This document shows, in pieces, positions 29,257 through 39,723 of a DNA stretch of 64,000 bases. The position numbers were made by a program, and so were the translations under genes. Position 1 is the stretch's first letter. Each line of letters begins with the position of its first letter. The notes below the pieces were generated by a model. That model was not told the origin of the DNA, ran no database searches, and saw only the letters and a list, made by a program, of their open reading frames with translations. Source of the DNA: Gammaproteobacteria bacterium (GTDB taxonomy: Bacteria; Pseudomonadota; Gammaproteobacteria; CBDBNL01; JAAOII01); NCBI GenBank assembly GCA_965209035.1, contig OZ242372.1:1504001-1568000 (forward strand). The letters run 5' to 3'.

Positions 29257-30750
29257 ATGAAAATCAAAATACAACACAAGGCAAAAGCGGATTCTTCGGC
29301 ATTGATATTTGTTCGCGGCAAAATGCCGTCCGCGGCCGACACCTTGGACCCGCAGGCACATACCGCCCTGCGTTCGGCCATTTCCGTGAAAGCACCGGAC
29401 GCAGAAACCGGAGACTATCGCCAGATTTATGATAACGGCAGAAGACTGCACATTTATGTTCTGCCGGCAAATCCATTGACGACTGTTCGCTTTGAGCGAA
29501 TGATGGCAAGGCTCAGAAGCCAGTTGGCGTTGGGCGGCGATAAGAATTTGAATGTGTTGGCGGAAGATCTGCAAGTGGAAAATTGGAGTCCGGAAACACT
29601 GCGGACGCAGATTGCCATTCACCTTGCCGAGGTGTCTTACAAGTTTGACTGGTTCAAAAAGACTTCCGCGAAGGCTGCCGCAAAAAATTCCCCAAAGAAT
29701 TCTTCGAGGCTCCCGGAAACTCTGTTCATAATTGCGGGTGCCGCAGAAAAAGTAACCGCCGCAGCCGCCGCACGGCTGCAGGCGTTAGTCAACGGCATGT
29801 GTTTGACAAAGGATCTTGGCAACATGCCGCCCAATGTCTGCACTCCCCAATATCTTGCCGAGCGAGCGAAGGAACTTGAAAAAGCATACGCCTCGCTTAA
29901 GTGTCGGATTCTTAACGAGAAAGATATGAAAAAACAGGGAATGGATGCTTATTTGGCTGTGGCGAGAGGCAGTGCCAATCCGCCGAGGTTTATTTTGATG
30001 GAGTATCGGGGCACCAAAAGCAAAAAATCTCCTATTGTGTTTCTGGGAAAAGGCGTCACTTTTGATACGGGCGGCATCAGCCTCAAACCGGCCGCCGAAA
30101 TGGATGAGATGAAATACGATATGAGCGGCGCCGCCGCCGTCTTTGGCGCGATGCGGGCCGCCTGCGAGTTGAAACTTCCCGTCAATTTGATTGGCGCGGT
30201 TGCGGCCGCGGAAAACATGCCGAGTTCGAATGCCTATCGCCCGGGCGATATTCTCCGCACCATGAGCGGCCAAACCGTGGAAGTTCTGAATACGGATGCC
30301 GAAGGGCGGCTGGTTCTTGCCGACGCTCTCACCTATCTCAAAAAATACAAACCGGCGGCGGTCATAGACATGGCAACTCTGACCGGTGCCTGCGTTGTTG
30401 CCCTCGGCAGTTTGCGCAGCGGTTTTTTTGCTAACAACGAAGAACTTGCCGCCCGGGTTACTGAGGCTTCCGAAAAGAGCCGGGATCTGATTTGGCGGCT
30501 GCCGATGGATGAGGAGTACATGGAAAGCATGCGTTCCAACTTTGCCGACATCGCCAATATCGGCGGCAGGCGCGAAGCCGGCACCATTACGGCGGCCGGA
30601 TTTTTAAGCAAGTTCGCCGCGGACTATCCTTGGGCTCACTTGGATATTGCCGGCACAGCCTGGCATGGCGGGCAACGCAAAGGATCCACCGGGCGTCCGG
30701 TGCCGTTGCTGTTACAGTTTTTGACAGATCGCGTCAATCAAAAAGACTAA
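29257..30750 (+). CDS. pepA: Leucyl aminopeptidase (M17)
   Basis: [33 protein letters not shown]. Confidence 0.96.
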   Translation: MKIKIQHKAKADSSALIFVRGKMPSAADTLDPQAHTALRSAISVKAPDAETGDYRQIYDNGRRLHIYVLPANPLTTVRFERMMARLRSQLALGGDKNLNVLAEDLQVENWSPETLRTQIAIHLAEVSYKFDWFKKTSAKAAAKNSPKNSSRLPETLFIIAGAAEKVTAAAAARLQALVNGMCLTKDLGNMPPNVCTPQYLAERAKELEKAYASLKCRILNEKDMKKQGMDAYLAVARGSANPPRFILMEYRGTKSKKSPIVFLGKGVTFDTGGISLKPAAEMDEMKYDMSGAAAVFGAMRAACELKLPVNLIGAVAAAENMPSSNAYRPGDILRTMSGQTVEVLNTDAEGRLVLADALTYLKKYKPAAVIDMATLTGACVVALGSLRSGFFANNEELAARVTEASEKSRDLIWRLPMDEEYMESMRSNFADIANIGGRREAGTITAAGFLSKFAADYPWAHLDIAGTAWHGGQRKGSTGRPVPLLLQFLTDRVNQKD

Positions 30751-30751
30751 C

Positions 30752-32794
30752 ATGCCGGTAAGGTTTCCGGTGCGCGGCAAACAACAGCGACTCGCGGACG
30801 CGATTAGGGTGCTGGCGATGGATGCGGTGGAAGCGGCATCATCCGGCCATCCCGGTATGCCCATGGGCATGGCGGACATAGCGACAGTCCTGTGGCGCGA
30901 GTTTCTGCGACACAACCCGACCAACCCCGACTGGCCGGACCGAGACAGGTTTGTTGTCTCAAACGGGCACGGTTCCATGCTCCTTTATGCCTTGTTGCAT
31001 TTGAGTGGCTATGCTCTGAGAGTGGACGACCTGCGCCGGTTTCGCCAATTCGGTTCGCCGACGGCGGGGCATCCCGAGCACGCAACAATCGGCGTGGAAA
31101 CCACCACGGGTCCCCTCGGTCAAGGGCTTGCCAATGCGGTCGGTATGGCAATGGCGGAGCGTAACCTGGCACGCGAGTTCAACCGCCCCGGATTACCCGT
31201 CGTCAATCATCGGACCTATGCTTTTCTTGGCGACGGTTGCCTGATGGAAGGGGTTTCGCACGAGGCATGCTCCTTTGCGGGGGTGCAGCAACTCGGCAAA
31301 CTCATCTGTTTTTTTGACGACAACGGCATTTCCATTGACGGCGAAGTCCGCAACTGGTGTCGGGATAATGTGGCGATGCGTTTTGCATCATATCACTGGC
31401 ATGTTATGGACGCCATAGACGGCCACGATGCGGTTGCGGTCCGGCGGGCAATCCGAACCGCGCAAAAAGACCCGCGCCCCTCGCTGCTTGTCTGTAAAAC
31501 TTTGATTGGTTATGGTGCCGACAAAAAGCAGGGCAAGGCATCTTCTCACGGCGCGCCGCTGGGAGCCGAAGAAATAGCCTATGTTAGAAACAGACTGAAT
31601 TGGAAGTATCCTCCTTTTGAAGTTCCGCTCGACATTCGCCGTCAGTGGGATCTAAAATCTCGGGGCGAAGCCTTGGAAAAGAAATGGCTGGCGATTGGTG
31701 CCAAATACGAAAACAAGTACCCGGAAGCGGCGGCGGAATTGCGCCGCAGACTGGCGGGCAAACTCCCCGCCGGATTTCCCTTGCGCGCCCGGGCGTTTGC
31801 CGAACGAACAGCGCGCAATCATGCCAATTTGGCAACACGCGCCTCTTCTCAAAAGGCGTTGAACTTTTACGGTAAGGAATTGCCGGAATTGATGGGGGGT
31901 TCCGCGGATCTGACCGGATCCAACCTCACCATGCATGATGCTTCCAAGCCGATCACCGCCGCGGATAAGAAGGCGGGCAATTATATTTTTTACGGCGTGC
32001 GCGAATTCGGCATGAGCGCGATCATGAACGGGATCGCCTTACACGGCGGGCAGATCCCTTACGGCGGAACATTTTTAGTTTTTTCCGACTATGCCCGTAA
32101 TGCGGTGCGTATGGCTGCTTTAATGCGGCAAAGGGTGATTTTTGTTTATACGCACGATTCCATTGGTTTGGGAGAAGACGGCCCCACCCATCAGCCCGTG
32201 GAACATTTAGCAATGCTGCGCGCCACGCCCGGTCTTAATGTTTGGCGTCCTGCGGATGCCGCCGAAACCGCCGTCGCATGGGCACAGGCACTTCAAACCG
32301 ATGGTCCCAGCGCATTAATTCTATCCCGTCAATCCGTTGCCCCGCAACTCCAAACACCGAAGCAAATGGCAAATGCCGCCAAGGGCGGTTATGTTCTGAT
32401 TTCCGGCGGCAGTGTTCCCGACGGCAAGCCTCCCGCCTTGTTGGTGATTGCCACGGGTGCCGAAGTGGGGTTGGCGCGCGCGGCTATCGAGAAGCACAAT
32501 GCCGGTTCGGATCAACTCGTCCGATTAATTAGCATGCCCTGTTGCGAAGTATTTAACCGGCAGTCAGGCCGCTATCGGCACAGTGTGTTGCCGCCGGAAG
32601 TTACCCGACGTCTGGCAGTGGAAGCCGCTTCCCCGCAGTCCTGGAATGCATACGGTTGTTATCCCGAAGCCGGCGGCGACACAGTGTGTATGACCGACTT
32701 CGGGGCATCCGCCCCGGCATCCGACCTGTTTCGCCATTACGGCTTTACCGAAAAAAACATCCTCCGCAAAATCCGCCAACTGCTGCGTCCTTAA
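30752..32794 (+). CDS. tkt: Transketolase
   Basis: SGHPG, DRFVVSNGHG, GDGCLMEG, YGVREF, THDSIGLGEDGPTHQP. Confidence 0.97.
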   Translation: MPVRFPVRGKQQRLADAIRVLAMDAVEAASSGHPGMPMGMADIATVLWREFLRHNPTNPDWPDRDRFVVSNGHGSMLLYALLHLSGYALRVDDLRRFRQFGSPTAGHPEHATIGVETTTGPLGQGLANAVGMAMAERNLAREFNRPGLPVVNHRTYAFLGDGCLMEGVSHEACSFAGVQQLGKLICFFDDNGISIDGEVRNWCRDNVAMRFASYHWHVMDAIDGHDAVAVRRAIRTAQKDPRPSLLVCKTLIGYGADKKQGKASSHGAPLGAEEIAYVRNRLNWKYPPFEVPLDIRRQWDLKSRGEALEKKWLAIGAKYENKYPEAAAELRRRLAGKLPAGFPLRARAFAERTARNHANLATRASSQKALNFYGKELPELMGGSADLTGSNLTMHDASKPITAADKKAGNYIFYGVREFGMSAIMNGIALHGGQIPYGGTFLVFSDYARNAVRMAALMRQRVIFVYTHDSIGLGEDGPTHQPVEHLAMLRATPGLNVWRPADAAETAVAWAQALQTDGPSALILSRQSVAPQLQTPKQMANAAKGGYVLISGGSVPDGKPPALLVIATGAEVGLARAAIEKHNAGSDQLVRLISMPCCEVFNRQSGRYRHSVLPPEVTRRLAVEAASPQSWNAYGCYPEAGGDTVCMTDFGASAPASDLFRHYGFTEKNILRKIRQLLRP

Positions 32795-33174
32795 ATAAAG
32801 ATTATTAGTTATTCATTAAAGGATAACTGCTTTTGCTTTTCTTCTTAAAGAGAATCTTTGAGAACTGCGGCTTTACCGAAGAAAACATCCGCCGCAAAAT
32901 CCACCAACTGCTGCGTCCTTTAAAGGTTGTTAAGGGATAACTGTTTTTGCTTTTATTCTTAAAGAGAATCTTTGAGAACCGCGGCTTTACCGCAGAAAAC
33001 ATCCGTCACAAAATCCGCCAACTGCTGCGTCCTTTAAAGGTTGTTAAGGGATAACCGCTTTTCCCTTTCTTCTTAAAGAGAATCTTTGAGAACTGCGGCT
33101 TCACCGCAGAAAACACCCGCCGCAAAATCCGCCAACTGCTGCGTCCTTAAATAAAGGTTATTAGTTATTCATTA
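32740..33174 (+). repeat. Four copies (gene plus three) of the tkt 3' end, spacing 128/114/114 bp
   Basis: GGCTTYACCG..AAAACA..AAAATCCRCCAACTGCTGCGTCCTT at 32741, 32869, 32983, 33097. Confidence 0.95.
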
Positions 33175-33362
33175 GGCGCATCGGACAGGAAGCGCCGCGG
33201 TTACTTTCTTATCGGATCTTTTATCAGGGGGCTGGATGAGAAAGCGTACGGACTGCTTGCCAAGAAAATAGACGTGAGCAAGATGTTTGAGAAACTCCTC
33301 GCTGACGGGACACTTCGCCTGCCGGGAAAAAACGATGTCCGATAGTGCAAAATAATATTAAT

Positions 33363-33518
33363 ATGAACGAGCAAGAAAGGGAGCAGGCAAAGAAGAAGGC
33401 GAGAGCATTCTTAATCAAATGGGGGTCGATTATCATCATCACTCTTCTGATTGCTTACTGCGACCAGACGAGGTCACAAGAGACGCCCGCACCGGCACAA
33501 CAAGAAACTGAATTATGA
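33363..33518 (+). CDS. Small single-TM protein (51 aa), below the ORF-track cutoff
   Basis: Hand translation MNEQEREQAKKKARAFLIKWGSIIIITLLIAYCDQTRSQETPAPAQQETEL*; basic-hydrophobic-Cys layout. Confidence 0.5.
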   Translation: MNEQEREQAKKKARAFLIKWGSIIIITLLIAYCDQTRSQETPAPAQQETEL

Positions 33519-33578
33519 AATACGAAGAATTTAAGGATAACAAAGGATAACCGCTTTAATCGGAGCAATCGCGCACAC

Positions 33579-34067
33579 TCAGCGAATGTTCACCCGTGTC
33601 CCGGCCGGCACCAAGTCATAGAGTTGAATGATGTCGCGATTGGACAGCCGTATACAACCAATGGAAGACGGCTTGCCGAAAGGGGTATCGTCCGGCGCGC
33701 CGTGAATGTAAATATATCTTCGCATCGTGTCTTTGTTACCCAGACGGTTGTAACCCGGCTCGCAACCGCACAGCCAAAGAATCCGACTGAGTATCCAATC
33801 CCGCCGCGGATGCTTCCGGGCGAGTTGCGGACTGTAAACTTCCCCGGTCCAACGCCTGCCGACCAGAACCGCACCAAGTGGCAAGCCACCGCCGTACTTG
33901 GCGCGCACCCGATGCAGCCCCAAAGGCGTTTGGTAGGAGTTCATCTTGTTTCCCGTCCCCAAAGATGCAGTGGAAACGGCACACTCAAAAACCTTGCTAT
34001 CCGCGTCAAGCAATGTCAATTCTTGCGTTGGTATCCTTATGAGGATCTGTTTGTTTGTTTGTTTCAA
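33579..34067 (-). CDS. L,D-transpeptidase (YkuD family)
   Basis: TPLGLH, YIYIHG, SIGCIRL. Confidence 0.88.
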   Translation of the reverse strand: MKQTNKQILIRIPTQELTLLDADSKVFECAVSTASLGTGNKMNSYQTPLGLHRVRAKYGGGLPLGAVLVGRRWTGEVYSPQLARKHPRRDWILSRILWLCGCEPGYNRLGNKDTMRRYIYIHGAPDDTPFGKPSSIGCIRLSNRDIIQLYDLVPAGTRVNIR

Positions 34068-34362
34068 TTTTTTAAGAGATACTTATATTTTGGTTGAGTT
34101 TCTCTTATTTTATACGGACGGGCATGGATGGAGAACTCCGGATACCGCTGTTTGTTCCGGACAAATACTCACTGTCGACTATTTGACAGGAAGGCGGGTG
34201 AAATGTATTGAAAATAATCCGGAAGTACTAACTTGTTGACATTCTTGATAAGGGTTTGTTTGCAAAGGGTGTTTGCCCGTTCTTTGCGGGCGGAATTTTG
34301 TATAATTAAAGTACAATTAACAAACAAAAAACAGGGTTATCATCAATACGGCAATCGGGCAA

Positions 34363-35148
34363 ATGGCAATCAGACATATTATTTCTTTCGTTGTTCTAAC
34401 GCCGCTTTTTTTCGGGCTGGCGGGTATTTTGTTGGGTGCGGTGCTCATGCCATTTTTTCGGAGAACGGGTGTTGCCATGGTTTTGTTTTTCGCTTCGGCA
34501 TTGTGGTTTTTCAGTTTGGCGCCTGTTTCCTCTTATCTGCTAAGTTCCTTGCAAGAGGACTTACCGACTATGCCGTCCCCGGCATATCAGGTAGACTACT
34601 TGGCTGTGTTGGGGTCTGCGCATTTGGAAAACAGCGAGCAATCGCCTCATCTGAACTTGGATTACGCGGCCCTGACCAGGCTACTCAAGGGAGTGGAACT
34701 GCTTGAAAAGCAAGAAACGGCGTCCCTTTGGTTGGGAGGCTGTCGGCAAAATACTACGGCGACATCGCATCATGATATGCTTTATGCCGCCGCCGTAAAC
34801 TTGGGCGCGGACCCCGAAAGGATTGTGCACTCCAAAGCCGGTTGCAACACCCGTGCGGAGGTACTTGCCCTGCGGCAGGAAGTGCCGCCCGGTGCGGACA
34901 TCGTGATCATCAGTTCCGACTTTCATTTGAAGCGCGTATCCGTTTGGGCGGAACATTACGAATTGCTCCCTCTTTATATTCCGGCGGTGGCGCGCGGAGA
35001 ATCGGGCGAAGGCCGCCTTGGAGTAGAGTCCTTTTTGCCGAGTGCCAAATACCTGAACGATAGCGCAATAGCGTGGCACGAATATTTTGGTATTGTCCAT
35101 GCGAGATTATCTATTTTGGCCGAAGACTGGTTTGGTATCCGAGTTTGA
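34363..35148 (+). CDS. YdcF/ElyC (DUF218) envelope protein
   Basis: N-terminal TMs, AVLGS, NTRAE, ISSDFHLKR, AWHEYFG. Confidence 0.8.
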   Translation: MAIRHIISFVVLTPLFFGLAGILLGAVLMPFFRRTGVAMVLFFASALWFFSLAPVSSYLLSSLQEDLPTMPSPAYQVDYLAVLGSAHLENSEQSPHLNLDYAALTRLLKGVELLEKQETASLWLGGCRQNTTATSHHDMLYAAAVNLGADPERIVHSKAGCNTRAEVLALRQEVPPGADIVIISSDFHLKRVSVWAEHYELLPLYIPAVARGESGEGRLGVESFLPSAKYLNDSAIAWHEYFGIVHARLSILAEDWFGIRV

Positions 35149-35735
35149 CAGTCCGACGAGCCCGGCGATCCCGTGCCATACGCGTCAGCAAGACGGAAGG
35201 GATTATCCGGATGCTCAGGCGAGGCGGTATTCTTGCATACCCGACCGAGACAGTCTGGGGTCTCGGTTGCGACCCCGCCCACCTTGGCGCGGTGTGGCGA
35301 CTGCGCGCACTCAAGCAACGGCAGGCGCACAAGGGGTTTATTTTGGTGGCGGGTTCTTGGCGTCAGTTTGCCGGCTATTTTCCGAACATTGGGCAAGATA
35401 AGGTGGATAAAGTTTGTTTGCGTCGGACACAACCGGTGAGTTGGGTGCTGGCGGATCGGGACGGCAGCATTCCCGCAGCGGTCAAAGGGGGGACCCAAAA
35501 TGTCGCATTGCGTATCAGTGCCCATCCGGATGTGACCCGGATCACCGGCCGTCTCGGGAGGCCCATTCTTTCCACTTCCGCCAATCCGCCCGGTATGCGC
35601 TCGGCTCGAACGGCTGCCGATGTTGACCGATATTTTGGTACACGCATCGATGCTCTTGTTCCGGGTTTTTGCGGCTCTATCCCGCTTCCGTCGCAGATAC
35701 GCGAACTTGACAGTGACCGCATTTTAAGAAAATGA
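35145..35735 (+). CDS. tsaC: L-threonylcarbamoyladenylate synthase (start uncertain)
   Basis: AYPTETVWGLGCD, LKQR...KG, VALRIS, STSAN; coupled to hemF. Confidence 0.88.
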   Translation: MTVRRARRSRAIRVSKTEGIIRMLRRGGILAYPTETVWGLGCDPAHLGAVWRLRALKQRQAHKGFILVAGSWRQFAGYFPNIGQDKVDKVCLRRTQPVSWVLADRDGSIPAAVKGGTQNVALRISAHPDVTRITGRLGRPILSTSANPPGMRSARTAADVDRYFGTRIDALVPGFCGSIPLPSQIRELDSDRILRK

Positions 35736-36664
35736 AAGAGTTTGAAAACGCATGTGCCGTTTTTGGCAAACTGCAAGACTCTCTGTGTTCCGCGTTTGAA
35801 GGCGTTGAAAAAGAACATTGTTTTGTCACGGACGACTGGCATTCGCAACTGGGTAAGGGCAGCACTCGGGTTCTGCAAGAGGGTGCTGTCTGGGAGAAGG
35901 CGGGCATCGGTTTTTCGAATGTGGCGGCGCAGGAACTGCCTCCTTCGGCTCGCGGCGGAAACTTGCAACCGGATGCCCCGGATGTCTCGGATGACCGGGG
36001 CTCGGACAAGACCTCATACAGGGCCTGCGGTGTTTCCGTGGTGATGCACCCGCGCAATCCCTATGTGCCGGCGAGTCATTTCAATGTCCGTTTTTTCACG
36101 GCACAAACCGCTGCCGGCATGAGATGGTGGTTCGGCGGCGGCTTTGATTTGACACCCTGCTATCCGGCACGGGAAGACTGCCATTTTTGGCACAGCAAGG
36201 CGCGCATGGTTTGCGAGGAGTTTGGTGCGGGTGTTTACGATGAATACAAAAACAATTGCGACAAGTATTTTTATCTTCCCCACCGCAAGGAAATGCGCGG
36301 CATCGGCGGGGTATTTTTTGATAATCTGTCCGCCCCGAACTTTGAAAGTTGCCTTCTTTTCGCGCGGCGACTTGGCGAAACCTATCGCGATGCGTATCTT
36401 ACTTTGGCGGAGAAGAACAAAGACCGCTCTTATGGCGACCGGGAACGAGATTTTCTTTGCCACAGACGCGGGCGTTATGTGGAATTTAATTTGCTATATG
36501 ACAGAGGGACGCGCTTTGGGTTGGAGTCCGGCGGCCGCGTTGAATCCGTCTTAATGTCCATGCCGCCTTTGGCGCGTTGGCATTACGGTGCCGCGCCGTC
36601 TTGCAGCGAGGACGAAGGTCGCCTTAAGTCTTTTTTACGCCCGCAGAATTGGTGTTCGGCGTGA
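35732..36664 (+). CDS. hemF: Oxygen-dependent coproporphyrinogen III oxidase
   Basis: HPRNPYVP, WWFGGGFDLTP, RGIGGVFFD, RRGRYVEFNLLYDRGT. Confidence 0.96.
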   Translation: MKEFENACAVFGKLQDSLCSAFEGVEKEHCFVTDDWHSQLGKGSTRVLQEGAVWEKAGIGFSNVAAQELPPSARGGNLQPDAPDVSDDRGSDKTSYRACGVSVVMHPRNPYVPASHFNVRFFTAQTAAGMRWWFGGGFDLTPCYPAREDCHFWHSKARMVCEEFGAGVYDEYKNNCDKYFYLPHRKEMRGIGGVFFDNLSAPNFESCLLFARRLGETYRDAYLTLAEKNKDRSYGDRERDFLCHRRGRYVEFNLLYDRGTRFGLESGGRVESVLMSMPPLARWHYGAAPSCSEDEGRLKSFLRPQNWCSA

Positions 36665-36736
36665 ACCGCAATCGCCGGCTTGATATGAGTTTCAAAAAAG
36701 TTACCAAAAAGTTACCAAAAAATTGAGGCAAAAGAA

Positions 36737-39550
36737 TTGATACAGTTTTTTACAGAGTTTGTTCCGGATCCGCTCTTTTTGTTTGTGGCGGCCGGCTTTG
36801 AGGGGGTGGTGCTGGCGATATTCGTGCCGGTGAGCCTGGAGATTATTTCAAAAACATCGGCAAAGTATAACTCGGATGTCGTTGTTCGCCTTTACAGACA
36901 GAGCCTCGTCCATCGAGCATTCCCTTTTCTTCTGCTCATGAGCATCTGCGGTATGTTGGTGATGCGCTTTTTTATGACCGAAGAATTGGGCGCGTCTCTC
37001 GGCGGCAGAATCATCATGTGGTCATTAATGTCTGTCACCGTCTGCATCATCTTTCTGCTCGGTTATCTCATTTATCGTATGGATCAATTTATTAGCAAAG
37101 ACACTGTCCCGTTGAACATGCTATTTAAGGATTTGAAACGATTTATGAAAATCAAAAACCCCGCCAAGGCGCGGCGTTTGTTGATAGAAACTATGAGCGG
37201 CATCGGCGACATCCTGACTTATCAGACCAGACGACAGAACAATCTTGCTCTTCTTGAAGAACTGCCAAAAATTTGGGGGACGATAGAGAAACTGTTGGAA
37301 CTGAAAAAGAAAGATGAGAAACAATTTTTCAATCTGGTGTATGACCCTGAATTCGCCGAATATTTGAATAAGCAACCGACTGCCAGGGAGCGGGCGTACT
37401 TTTGTTTTACCAGCCCCGACAAACATCTGGCGGGTTTTGCGGTGCCGGTTAATCAGTTGATCCGCATTTATAAGGTGGCGCTTGAAACCTCCAATACCGA
37501 GGTGGCGCGCAAATCTTTGGATTATTTGCATCTGATTTTGCAATCCTGCGTGACCGAAGATGGCAACGAATTTCTTGTGGAATGGATGCTTAAACGCATT
37601 AACGAATGCGTCAACCTGGGCATGCGTGCCGGCGAAGAGGCGGAGCGTCTTTCGTTGACCTGGTATCGGGACATCCTTTTTAGAGAGCCACACACAGGCA
37701 AAGGCGCGTTTCGCTTGGACTATTTGGAATTGTGTGAAAGTTACTTTGCAAAAATGCTGGCCGCGCTTGCCGCAATGGTTGCCCAAGGCTACGAGACATA
37801 TTATCGTAAACTCGCGGATGGCATGGCACGGGATTTTATTTTTCCAAACTATCAGCGCGGCAAACTTTGGGGCTATCATGACTTGTTGCGGCTTTCGGAC
37901 TACAAAGCCTATAAGGAAATCAACTTGAAGTACAGATTGCAATACAAAATTAGAAAACTCCTGCTATCCGAACATATGGTTCAGACCGAGGAAGATCTGA
38001 AATCCTGGGAGAACGACTTCCGGGAAATAAAGAAGATCATTGTGCCCGGCTTGCGGGACGAGTACAAGTCGGAGGCCACCGGATTGGAAAAGGCGATACT
38101 TTCTTATGTGACCGCCTATATGAAATACAAAAGACTGATGCGACTGTTTTACGCACTCGGCACCTATTGTGATCTGCGCGAGAGATACGACCTGATGTCC
38201 TATTTGTGGGAGGCGGGACAAACAGGCGAAGGCACTTACAGAATTCTGCCGCCGAGCCCGCAGGTTCTTATCAATGACTATTTGACTTATCCGGGTGTGT
38301 TGAATAAAAACTACTTTGGCGAATCCTATCAGGTGATGAGTGTGTATCGCAAAAGATACTATGTGCTTCTTCTGGCGCGGCTACTGGCGGATCAGGTGGC
38401 GCCCGATTACAGATTGCCGCCGCTCAGCCTGAATCAACTGCGTGACTTTCCGGCACTGATGGACGAATTGCTGGAGATCACCGGTCAACTCAAGGATGAG
38501 GCGCCGCAGCGTCTCCGGTTGCTTTGGCGATTGGCATTTGGCGGCTACCGGGATCCGGCGGAGTGGGCAAAAAAAGTCACCGATTATCTGCTGCTGGTAA
38601 AAAAGATTGCTGAAAAACAATTGACCATCAAGCAAAAAACGACTGAAATCAGCGTTAAACGCAAGGACGAGTTTCGGGTTGCGGTGATGCGAGGATTTAA
38701 AGACCAGTCTATTTTGCGAGAGCTCTTTCGTCAGTACACAAAGACATACGAAGATCGCACAAAAACGGCCGCCAAGAACGCGCCGAAGGAAAGTTTTGGT
38801 ATCCGCGAACTGACGAACAAGGATATTTTTTTCCAACCGAGCCAACTTATTTCCTCCGCCTGGAGTTACGGTAAGAACCTGGCGGACTCCGAAAACTTGT
38901 TCCTGTTTGGTCGTATTCAGAGTGAGTGCAAGCGCGCTTCTTTGCGAGGATTTGAACAGACACTGAAAAAAGCGGGCGCGCCGGCAGATGTCTTTATACT
39001 GGGCACGGTATTTACTCTGGAGAATTTCTTCGGCGGGGCGGAAAACTTCCGCCCCGCCGATCGGACAAGTTTGGAAACGGATGCCAAACGCAATCCCGTT
39101 GCCGCGGAGATTAAGAGTATCCCCGGCTATGCCGGCTCTTATTACTTGGACGAGCATGCTTTTCCCGTGTTCGTGTTTCAGCATCGAGGCAGTGCCAATC
39201 AGTTCTTGATTCTCAATCGTACGCGTTTGGGTAAGATGATGCAGTTTCCCGTCGCACCGGACGGGGCTCGGCATAAGCATACCAAACTGCTGGAAAACAT
39301 TTTTCATTTTGATGTTCGCAGTTTGTCCAAGGACCGCAAACTTCTAAAAAAATATACGGAAGCCCAATCCGCGGAATGGTTGCGGCAGCAGGGGGACAAG
39401 CCGGCACAAAAAGAGTATCTGCTTAAAAGAGCCCTGGTCATTTTTCAACAGAATCCGGGCTTTCACAAGGCAAAGGATTTCGTGGGCTTTAAGATGCTTG
39501 TCAAGCGTATGGAGGCATTTGAAGATTCCCCGCCCGGATTTTCCGTATGA
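36737..39550 (+). CDS. Large hypothetical protein, ~3 N-terminal TM helices plus ~820-aa soluble helical region
   Basis: 937-aa open frame; hydrophobic N-terminus; no motif recognised. Confidence 0.75.
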   Translation: MIQFFTEFVPDPLFLFVAAGFEGVVLAIFVPVSLEIISKTSAKYNSDVVVRLYRQSLVHRAFPFLLLMSICGMLVMRFFMTEELGASLGGRIIMWSLMSVTVCIIFLLGYLIYRMDQFISKDTVPLNMLFKDLKRFMKIKNPAKARRLLIETMSGIGDILTYQTRRQNNLALLEELPKIWGTIEKLLELKKKDEKQFFNLVYDPEFAEYLNKQPTARERAYFCFTSPDKHLAGFAVPVNQLIRIYKVALETSNTEVARKSLDYLHLILQSCVTEDGNEFLVEWMLKRINECVNLGMRAGEEAERLSLTWYRDILFREPHTGKGAFRLDYLELCESYFAKMLAALAAMVAQGYETYYRKLADGMARDFIFPNYQRGKLWGYHDLLRLSDYKAYKEINLKYRLQYKIRKLLLSEHMVQTEEDLKSWENDFREIKKIIVPGLRDEYKSEATGLEKAILSYVTAYMKYKRLMRLFYALGTYCDLRERYDLMSYLWEAGQTGEGTYRILPPSPQVLINDYLTYPGVLNKNYFGESYQVMSVYRKRYYVLLLARLLADQVAPDYRLPPLSLNQLRDFPALMDELLEITGQLKDEAPQRLRLLWRLAFGGYRDPAEWAKKVTDYLLLVKKIAEKQLTIKQKTTEISVKRKDEFRVAVMRGFKDQSILRELFRQYTKTYEDRTKTAAKNAPKESFGIRELTNKDIFFQPSQLISSAWSYGKNLADSENLFLFGRIQSECKRASLRGFEQTLKKAGAPADVFILGTVFTLENFFGGAENFRPADRTSLETDAKRNPVAAEIKSIPGYAGSYYLDEHAFPVFVFQHRGSANQFLILNRTRLGKMMQFPVAPDGARHKHTKLLENIFHFDVRSLSKDRKLLKKYTEAQSAEWLRQQGDKPAQKEYLLKRALVIFQQNPGFHKAKDFVGFKMLVKRMEAFEDSPPGFSV

Positions 39551-39723
39551 CGATATGACAACTTCGGCTGGCAGATTCCCTGTCCGGATTCTCCGTATGA
39601 CGATATGACAACTTCGGCTGGCAGATTCCCTGTCCGGATTTTCCGTATGACGATATGACAACTTCGGCTGGCAGATTCCCTGTCCGGATTCTCCGTATGA
39701 CGATATGACAACTTCGGCTGGCA
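39523..39723 (+). repeat. 50-bp tandem repeat x4 spanning the upstream stop and the pepP start
   Basis: YTCCGTATGACGATATGACAACTTCGGCTGGCA at 39541, 39591, 39641, 39691 with alternating T/C. Confidence 0.97.
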
